A stretch of 64,000 nt of DNA from Azolla caroliniana (Eukaryota; Plantae; Polypodiophyta): contig JBHGNT010000013.1 in the NCBI GenBank assembly GCA_043228905.1, forward strand, positions 7,564,001-7,628,000, given 5' to 3'. Position 1 is the stretch's first letter, and each line of letters begins with the position of its first letter. Under the pieces are notes generated by a model. It did no database searches and had not been told where the DNA came from. It saw only the letters and a list, made by a program, of their open reading frames with translations. Of the stretch, positions 52,672-61,345 are shown piece after piece. The position numbers were made by a program, and so were the translations under genes.

Positions 52672-54084
52672 TTAGCGTCCTCGTGGGCCCGCCCAACTTT
52701 GTCTTCCACTTCGAGCAAGACCACCCTGTCCCACGAACCACCGCCGCCTTCTGGTCCACCATCCTCGCCGAATGGTCTCGAACCGTTGGCGCCATCCGAT
52801 CCGCCACACTCGACGATGTTCGCCGAGTCGTTGCCTGCACCCCATCCTCCACGTCCACCGTGGGTCCTTGAACCACTGACTACATCCGACCCGCCGTATC
52901 TGATGCCCGTGCTTTCCTCCCCGTTCGGTCCTCCCGAACCCCGTCGCCGACCCGACTGCTCTTCCTTTGTCCGCCTCGTATATCCCCCGGATGCGCTCCC
53001 GGTCGCATGCCGGATTCCGCCCTTTGCGTGCCGCACACCTCGGCGTGCCGATTCTCTCCGCTCCGCGCTCGCCTTCCGTAGGCTTTCCCCATTGTTCGCC
53101 GTGCTCTCTCGCGGTAGAGCGTACTGTCATCCCGACCTCCGTGTTGGTGTCCCTCGAGGCTCTCGTTACCGCTTCGCCTTGACTTGCGCCCTCTTGGCTT
53201 GCTTGGCCTTGCATGCCCTCCGGGAAGCCGCGCTTCCTCTTCTCGGCGCGTAGCCCGTTGCTCTCCGCGCACCTTCTTCGGTTCTCAAGACACGACTCTC
53301 CACTCATGCCGATCGCGCTCGGCCCATGTCGTCGGTTTTGGTGTTTCGCCGCGTCGTCCTTCATCTCACGCTTGCCTCTCGAAGGCTTGACCCGACCGTC
53401 ATCGTCAGTCAATCGTTGTTGCCCATCCGCTGTATGCATGCTTGTGTCTTGGCCCTCCACCGGCCGTATTGCATGCGTCTCATGTCGCGCTTCCGCCGTA
53501 GACCCGACCTCCGCGTCGGACTCCAACTCCTCGCCACCACCCACTGTTTCTTCATTCTCCTTTCGATCCGCGACCGCCAATGCCTCACGGGTAGGTGTGG
53601 AGGGTTCCTCCCACTCTCGGTCCACCACTGAGTCCTCGCCTCTCAAAGGCTCAATCGGTCCACCGTTTCCGGTCACTCGTTGACGCTCTCTCGGATGCAT
53701 GCTCGTTCTTGGGCCCTTCACCGACCGTAATGCATGCTTCGTGTTACGCCCTTCATCCGCCGTAGACCCGACCTCCACGTCGGCCACTTCTTCCTTTGTC
53801 ACCGTAGCCCGTTCCGACCCGGGCTCGCCATCTTGGACCCGCTCGTCCATCATCTCATACCGGATACCCGCTCCGATAACTTTGTCCGCTTCGGCCTCCG
53901 ACTCCTCGCCGCCACTCGCCGTCTCTCCGGTCTCACGTTGATCCGCAACCGCCGAAGTCTCTAGAATGGGTGTGGAAGGTCCCTCTCGCTCTCGGTCTTC
54001 TAGCAAGCCGTGATCATCGTGCCCACTAGGCCTCCTCAATACGCTCACCGGCTCGCGTCGCGTGTTGTGACCCGTCCTCCCCAA
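52672..54084 (-). CDS. Second low-complexity acidic ORF of element E
   Basis: Contains PSTPILETSAVADQRETGET repeats shared with elements B and F. Confidence 0.45.
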   Translation of the reverse strand: MGRTGHNTRREPVSVLRRPSGHDDHGLLEDREREGPSTPILETSAVADQRETGETASGGEESEAEADKVIGAGIRYEMMDERVQDGEPGSERATVTKEEVADVEVGSTADEGRNTKHALRSVKGPRTSMHPRERQRVTGNGGPIEPLRGEDSVVDREWEEPSTPTREALAVADRKENEETVGGGEELESDAEVGSTAEARHETHAIRPVEGQDTSMHTADGQQRLTDDDGRVKPSRGKREMKDDAAKHQNRRHGPSAIGMSGESCLENRRRCAESNGLRAEKRKRGFPEGMQGQASQEGASQGEAVTRASRDTNTEVGMTVRSTAREHGEQWGKPTEGERGAERIGTPRCAARKGRNPACDRERIRGIYEADKGRAVGSATGFGRTERGGKHGHQIRRVGCSQWFKDPRWTWRMGCRQRLGEHRRVWRIGWRQRFETIRRGWWTRRRRWFVGQGGLARSGRQSWAGPRGR

Positions 54085-54147
54085 TCTCCAATCATGCCGA
54101 CTTAGCCTTCGCCTGGATCGGCCTCGGCCGATCGAGTTCCGGTTTGG

Positions 54148-56211
54148 TCAGCTCCCTTCCGTAATCGTAACTGGCCGGTACATGTTTGTCCGCGCAAATC
54201 CGGCCTTGCCGGTTCTTCTTCGGTTTGGGCCCGGTTGACCGGACCCCGCTTCACTCTTCTTCCGCTCCGCCTCCCGGCCGGGTCGGATTACCGACTGGCT
54301 TATCTTTCGGTCGGGTCGGTTCCCGACTCGATCCTCGATGCCGCTCCGGGCCTCTCCTTCGGTCTTTTCGCACGTGCCCACTCCGGGCCTCTCATCCTCA
54401 CGGCCACCGCCCATCTCCCCGGTCTTATGTTCGCGCTCGGGCGCAACCGCCGAAGTCTCTGGCCCCGGTGTCGAGGGATCTCGCCTCCATCCGCTACAAA
54501 CATCCTCTTCGTCATTTTGGTTGCCCGCCTTGCCGCCGCCACCGTCCGTCTCTCTAGGTCTCACACCGGCTCTCGGGCCGGTTGCCGGAGTCTCTAGGAC
54601 CGGTGTGTGGAAGGTCGCGGCACCGCCGCTCGTCTCCTCTTCTTCCTCGATTTCGCAAGCCTCGAGTATGCTCGCGAAATCCTCGTAGAACTTTTCGGGC
54701 AACCGCATTCCGAAACTTTCGCCCACTCTTGAAGTGGCGTCCATTGCTCCGTAGATATCGGCCTCATCCATGGCCGTCCTCTTTCCACAAGTCGAGAGGG
54801 TCGCTCGCTCTGCACCCTCTCCCACATCGTCGCCATGGTCGCCCGCCTTGCCGCCGCCACCGTTCGTTACCCTAGGTCTCTTGAACTGGTGCGTGTAAGG
54901 TAGCAACGCTGGGGTCTCTTGAACCGGTGCGTGTAAGGTAGCAACACCGCCGCTCGTCGATGCTATGCCCGTAGCCACCTCCATTCGGACATCGTCGTTC
55001 GTGGCTACCCCGCCTCCGTTTATGCAAGCATCAATTATGCTTGCCGCCTCCTCTTCCACGGTCTCCTTACCGTTGTCTCGGTTGCCCGCCTTGCCGCCGC
55101 CACCGCCCGTCGCTCTAGGTCTCACGCCGGCAATCGGGCCGACCGCCGGTGCCTCTAGGGCCGGTGTGTGTAAGGTCGCGGCACCGCCGCTTGTCTCCTC
55201 CTCACTCGATGTTTCGGGCCGCCATGTCCCGAATCCGTAGTTATCGGCCTCCATGGCCGTCCATTCGCCGCAAGACGAGAGAGTCGCTCTTTCCGCACCC
55301 TCTCCCATGTCACCATCGTGGTCGCCCGCCTTGCCGCCACCACCGCCCATCACTCTAGGTCTCACACCGGCTCTCGGGCCGGTTGCCGGAGTCTCTAGGC
55401 CCGGTGTGCGTAAGGTCCCGGCACCACCGCCCGTCTTCTCCCCGCTCAATGTTTCGGGCCTCCATGCCCGAACTCCCTCATGTCCGCTCGAACCGGCGAT
55501 CGCCGCCTCACCGTCCTCGACCTTGTCCTCAGTCGATCTTTCTCCGCATGTCGAGAGGGTGGCTCGCTCCGCACCCTCTCCTGTGGTACCAATGTACCAT
55601 TCTCTTTCGGCCTCCTCACCCTCCGATTCGCTCGGCCCCGACTCCGCAATAAGCCCTTCTTCGGCTTCGATTTGTGCCTCTACGATCTCGTACGCTTCCC
55701 GCACCAAGGCTTCGATGTCGAGCTCCTCCGAACCGATTTGCGTTGAGCTCTCTTCCGGCGTTAGTGCGTAGTCGGTCGCCGCTCTCTCTTCTCCACCGCT
55801 CGCGGGCCGCGTTGTGGCCGACCGCCTCTCATCGCATTGTATGCACGCCCATTCCACCTCGTTCCAATCTTCGGTGAGGCCGTATGCCCCTTCTTCGTCT
55901 TCGAGGTAGGGAAAAATGGCCATTCTCCCCCTTTCGTTGACCGACTTCAAGAATAGTGGGACCTTGTCCGTCCCCACCGATTCTTGATCCCAGACCGAAA
56001 GTTGGGAAAACCGGAGATCGAACTCCCGGAATGCCTTCATTGCGCTTCGAGGAGCCTTTGCCGATGACACCCATAGATCGAACTCGCGTCGATCGTACTT
56101 GTACGACTCTTCCCGTCTTCCTCTCCTTCTTGCGAAATCCCTTGCCATTCTCGTAATTACTTCCGCGATGTCTCTGGCTTCCATCTCCTTCCTCCCTTGC
56201 CGCCTCTTCAC
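54148..56211 (-). CDS. Partial Gag fused to Gly/Glu/Thr-rich repeats (687-aa open frame)
   Basis: RREFDLWV...DKVPLFLKSV...GLTEDW Gag segment followed by 4-5 TPxLETPAxGPRAGVRPRxxGGGGGKAG repeats. Confidence 0.7.
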   Translation of the reverse strand: MKRRQGRKEMEARDIAEVITRMARDFARRRGRREESYKYDRREFDLWVSSAKAPRSAMKAFREFDLRFSQLSVWDQESVGTDKVPLFLKSVNERGRMAIFPYLEDEEGAYGLTEDWNEVEWACIQCDERRSATTRPASGGEERAATDYALTPEESSTQIGSEELDIEALVREAYEIVEAQIEAEEGLIAESGPSESEGEEAEREWYIGTTGEGAERATLSTCGERSTEDKVEDGEAAIAGSSGHEGVRAWRPETLSGEKTGGGAGTLRTPGLETPATGPRAGVRPRVMGGGGGKAGDHDGDMGEGAERATLSSCGEWTAMEADNYGFGTWRPETSSEEETSGGAATLHTPALEAPAVGPIAGVRPRATGGGGGKAGNRDNGKETVEEEAASIIDACINGGGVATNDDVRMEVATGIASTSGGVATLHAPVQETPALLPYTHQFKRPRVTNGGGGKAGDHGDDVGEGAERATLSTCGKRTAMDEADIYGAMDATSRVGESFGMRLPEKFYEDFASILEACEIEEEEETSGGAATFHTPVLETPATGPRAGVRPRETDGGGGKAGNQNDEEDVCSGWRRDPSTPGPETSAVAPEREHKTGEMGGGREDERPGVGTCEKTEGEARSGIEDRVGNRPDRKISQSVIRPGREAERKKSEAGSGQPGPNRRRTGKAGFARTNMYRPVTITEGS

Positions 56212-58837
56212 GTTGGGTTCACCAAATATGTCGCGTTGCTACTCGCGTGCGTGGAGAAGGGCGGGACCACGGGGGTCTTGGACTAAGAAGTAGAGGAGAA
56301 GGAATCGGACACAGAATGGAAGCTTTGCTCAAGAAGAAGAAGAATGAACAAGAGATTAACTCGAACAAGAGGAAGATGGAGACGAGATGATCAACAAGAT
56401 ATGTTAAAACGAAATGAACGATTACAAAATGGTGGCCGCGTAGGCCGCACCAAATGACTACTCGAAACCCTAATCGACGAAGATGAAGATAAAGATCACG
56501 AAACCCTAACCCTAACCCTAACGCTCGACCTATGTGGTATACCTCGCACACTCAAAATAGGCAACCCTCAGAATGGTGTCTTCCCTCTCCTTTTATAGCA
56601 CAAGGAGGGAAGACCGTTTACAAAACGAGACTAAAATATCCCCTTTCATTCAAAGGGGATATTTGCCTTGATTTAGGGGAGGGTGAGATTGATGGCCCCC
56701 TTAACTCCCACCTCCTCACAAACAACTAGGTACCTATGTACCGCATAGTACCTCTCTCTCTCTCTCTCGCGTGGATGTGCGCACAAGACCACATCGCCTT
56801 ATACCTTAGGGATCTTATGGGGCATTTCTAGCACCATACCCTTTACCCTTATTATTATTACAAATACATTATGTACGTGTGCAACGTTGCACATCGCTCT
56901 TTGGCTCTCGTTGCTCGGGTTTCCACTTGTGGACGAAAATTTTCACGACAACGTAAACCGGAGTGTCCGGCTTGTATACTGCTTTCCGAAGAGCCGGAGC
57001 CGCTCCCAGGAATCTTCAGACTTCTGTGATCGACTTGCATTCCTCCTTAATCCCGGAGATGGCCTCTACCTTCGCTGGAGACGGTTTCCGGCCGTATGGT
57101 CCACACAGGTGCCCTACTACTAGGATCTCGGATTGTCCGAAAGACGACTTCTCCTCAGAGAAGGTAATCCGAGTGCCCTCAAGCCTCTGCAATATCCTCT
57201 TGCAGTCGGAGATGTGGTCCGCGACAAACTTCCGACATCCGTCCAGCCCGATCGAGTCATCCTTCGCTCCCTCCGGACATCCCCTGATGGGGATGTCTTC
57301 CAAGAATGGCATGGTGATGTCTGGTATGCAGTCCTACAAAACCTTGTTCATTTTGTTCACCATGTGTGCCACTGAATTGGTCTCTCCTTGTGGTAGGGTA
57401 CACATCTGCTTTAGGCTGAGAGGGGTTTGCATCGTCGTGATATCCCTGCTCTCCACGGCTATCTGGAATTGGTCATACCCCGAGTATAAATCCCCGACCA
57501 AGTAGATTGACCTTCCCTTGAAGGCCTCCTCAAACTCGTCAATTGTCGGCCCGATTCGTACATTTCGAATGGTGACCTTGTTGATCAGTTGCAGGTCCTG
57601 GATGAAGCCCAGTGTGCCATTCTTCTTCGGCATCGTAAACCACTGATTCGAATATGGGGCACTTGACAACTCGAGGATGCCAATCTCCATCGGCTTTGGG
57701 ATGTGAGCCCTTGGCACCAGAATTGGTTTGAGACTCCACGACACATGGACTACCGTGAAGGTCACCATTGGTTCAACGATAGTCGGGTCTACGCAAACGA
57801 TCTCCCCCGACGAAAATGTAAAGGCTTTCCCGTGCGTTTCGAACATCCTCCGAAACTGGACCTCCCTTGCGGGCAGTAGGAAGCCACACCCACTGATCTT
57901 GAGCTTCCGCAACATCTCATTAGTGAACCAATGTCCTATGCCGGCCGGATCTCGTAAACTCGGGTCCGTCACGACCCCTTTCATTCATTCCCAGCTGTCC
58001 TCCGACAAGAGAGTTGCTTGGCCTTAACTTCCAGTCCATAGTCTTGTACTTGGTGTCAACTCGGGCCGTTTGATCCAACCCGAACATCCTCCCAAAATCC
58101 GCGATGACTTTGTACATCTCCACCGAATTGACCGGAATCATCTAGTCTTCGCACAGATCCTCTTCGGCTACCCTCGCGATTTCTCCAAGGGTGTTGTCGA
58201 ATGAGACCGCCTCAACGACCCCACCAATCTCGTCACCGGGGCCCAAGGCACCGCATGCCCTCAAGTGTCCTTCGACCTGCCTCTTTTCCCGGCCGCTAAT
58301 GCCGATTATGGAACAAACTCCATTAATGGAGGGCCAAAATATCCTACCTATGGTACATGGGGTTTCTTCCGGTTGTTCGAACTATCGCGACCCGACGCCT
58401 TGATCTCGACATCCCCGACCTTCAGGCATGCCCCGTGTAGCTCCTCCGTGGCGCGGGTCGCCGTGTGTATTGTCCACCCATGCTTGGTGTTGATTGGCCA
58501 TTTACCTTTCTTGTAGAAGTCCATGGATATCAGGTTAATTTCAGACCCATGGTCGATCAAAGCCACCACTGGTTCATTTACGTTCCCGATTCGAACTGGT
58601 GTCTCCGTTGTCGCTCTCGCCCAATGCGGCTTCATATAGTGGCTGGCCGAGAACTCATCTTCCGTGACCGCCTCGTCGATGTGTGCTGCTCTCAACTCTA
58701 CGGGCTTCTCTAGCTCAGGCTCTGTCGCGAGCCACTTTTCACTTCCCTCAATGACAACTCTACTTTGCTATCAAGGATCCGCTCCTCCAAGACCTTCTGC
58801 AGGTCTGTTGCTCTCTCTATCTCAGAGCTCAACTAGA

Positions 58838-59132
58838 TGTCATGATATGGCAAGATTCGAACCCATGACCTTTTGTTACATGGGTCAAGCCCTTGCCATT
58901 AGACTATACATTGTAATACGAAGGATATTATTTTAATTTATTATTTCACTATAGAAATTGATGTATATTCCAAATTTCTCTAGAACATTCTAGAAACTTC
59001 AGGAGTACTCTTGAAAACACTATCTAAGGAGGCACAAGACATTATTTCGAACCAAATTGGTTCAACGCTAGTCTTAAGCCTCCTAGCTACTACTGTATAT
59101 TCTCTTCACATAATATATATCTTTTGTTATCA

Positions 59133-59172
<40 letters not shown>
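58838..59172 (+). mobile_element. Truncated LTR of the 21693-22136 family
   Basis: TGTCATGATATGGCAAGATTCGAACCCATGACC..., reverse-complement homologue of ~21830-22136. Confidence 0.85.
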
Positions 59173-59174
<2 letters not shown>

Positions 59175-60490
59175 TGAAAACACACAATTATATTAATAAA
59201 TGTGTGTAAAAAACACTACTTACAATTGGTGTGACAATGGAGTATGGTCACCCATTAACTACACTACACGGGTAGTGGAACCTGTTGAATTGCAAATAGG
59301 CAAGACGAACACTCCACTGAGGAAAGAATTTCCACTTGCTCCAATAAAGAAAATTGCCACATTAGTACTCCCTTCAATTTTCGTAGATATACTTTCACTC
59401 CATGTCTACCGTCGAATACAAAAGCGTTGCGCATATTCCAATTATGACGCAATCCCCAATATCTCAGAAATAGAAAAACGATCTCCATCTCTGATTTTGG
59501 GTCAACCTGTGTAAATTGTGCAAACACCCACTGTCTAGGTGTCAAATAACACCGTTGTAAAACTTGCCAAATTTGAGAAATGTAACTCCAAATCTGACAA
59601 GCAATCGGACATTGTATAAATCGATGAGTACTATCTTCCATTTGAACAGTGCAAAAGAAAAAATTACCCATTGATAATCCACGACGCTTTAGAGCTAATC
59701 CCAAAGGCAATCCTCCAATCAAAACTCTCCATATGAAGACCTTTGCTACAAGTGGCAATTTAGAATGCCAACTACGTTGTAAGATCTGCCACCACCCATG
59801 ATCAGATTTGTGTAATCTCCATTCTTCTTCAGCCTTAGATGATAACCATCCAAGAGACTCAACAGAGCAATGATACAAAAGATTAGTAGTCACTTGTAAC
59901 AATGACGTTGTCGTGCCTTTCGGCGTCAGATCGTTTGCGTGAGTCGGGTTGAAACCGCTGGGGTTTTGGACAAGGAAGAGGAGAGTTTTAAGGCTAATAA
60001 GAATATAAATATGTTGTAAGAAAGAGTTATAGCAAACTCGTGAATCCCACGAGTGTATTGTATTAGATTAATCAATATGAATATAAGAATATAAATTTGG
60101 GTTGAAAGAGAATGATATAGAATCCTCGTGAATCCCACGAGTATAGTTTATTAATTGGTGTTTTTTAGAAACATATCCAGTTTCCAAGTATTTCACACAC
60201 CTTTTACATTGTGCTCCTCATCCTTATATAGAGATGAGAGAGTCTTTTCCAACCCATGCGTTTCTCTAACTATAGACTCCATGCTTTTTCTATAGATAGA
60301 CCATATGCTTTATCTAAAGTGATCATGCTTTTTCTAACTTGTGCGTTTTTTATAAACTATAGTGTTCATACACGCTAGATATGCATGCACAGCTTTTTCT
60401 TTTAGCATGCGTTTTTTTCTTTTAACTAAAGTTTATCGTACGTGAACTTAACTTTCTATGTGGGACATCTACCTTTTAACACTAATGAAA

Positions 60491-60552
60491 TGCTAGTGTA
60501 ATGGTAAGACATTACATTATTAACATGGAGGTGCAAGGTTCGAATCTTGCCC
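60491..60552 (+). promoter_or_regulatory. tRNA-like Pol III A-box/B-box module within an LTR
   Basis: TAGTGTAATGGTAAG...GGTTCGAATC with a GCAAG/CTTGC stem. Homologues occur in other LTRs. Confidence 0.6.
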
Positions 60553-61184
60553 TATGCATGTTATATATATTTTAATATTTTCTACTATTTATTCATATTT
60601 ATTAAATCGGTACTTTATAAGTTTTTCATGTAGTGTACGAAATACACGACGACACTCGCCCCCTCCGAACTCGCACATCCTCCGGTATGTGCCGAAGTTG
60701 TCGGTGATTGTTAGTCTCGTCCGTTCGTTCTCCGCATGGTTGGTTTCGTCGTCGGTCATTTTTGGTTGCCGGCCCCGTTCGGTCTCCGGATTTTAGTTGC
60801 CGACTCCGCCTGGTTTCCGGTTCAGTTCGGTTGCCGGCTCTGTCCGGTCTCCGATTACCAGCCCTCGTAATTCTTCATTACTTGTTGTACCCTTTGTTTC
60901 TCTCGCTATGTCAGCTTTGTCTCTCCATTTTGAGCACATCCATTCTTTCAACCCGAACCATTGTCGACATCCGATCCACCATAGTCTTCGTTCATTCTTT
61001 GCATTGCCATGAGTGGTTGTCATGGTCCCTTGTGGTCCTCTTGAGCATCTCGGTGTGCTGTCTCTCTCTGCTCCGCGCTTGTCTTCCGTAGGTTCTACCC
61101 ACGCGTCGATGTCGACCTTTGAATATGCGCTCGTTGTTAGCTCCTTGTGTGGCTTTAATGTATGCTTTATTTCTCGTTGTTGCA

Positions 61185-61345
61185 CATGCGTCGTATTACG
61201 CCGTAGCGCATGCTTCGTATTCCATCGTAGTGCATGTGTTGTATTACGCCGTAGTGCATGCTTTGTATTCCATTGTAGCGCGTGCTTCTTTTTACGCCGT
61301 AGCACATGCTTCTTTTTGCGCCGTATTACGTGCTTCTCTCGGCGT
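61185..61345. repeat. 24-bp minisatellite (~6 units) inside element F
   Basis: CGTAGyGCATGCTTyGTATTmCry-like units, translating as HALRRNTT/HALRWNTK. Confidence 0.75.

Larger units (their letters stand above)
51854..56950 (-). mobile_element. Non-autonomous gag-only gypsy element E
   Basis: Highly similar LTRs 51854-52580 and 56229-56950. TSD ACGT. PBS TGGTGAACCCAACGTGA. PPT at 52581-52595. No pol. Confidence 0.95.
49051..58745 (-). mobile_element. 5'-truncated Ty3/gypsy element D (PR, RT, RH, IN, 3' LTR 49051-49994), interrupted by element E
   Basis: VALIDHGSEINL, DLYSGYDQF, VDTS, ELWG, VADRG and FGPY. PPT at 49995-50009. The reading PVYV|MVDTS is continuous across E. Confidence 0.92.
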
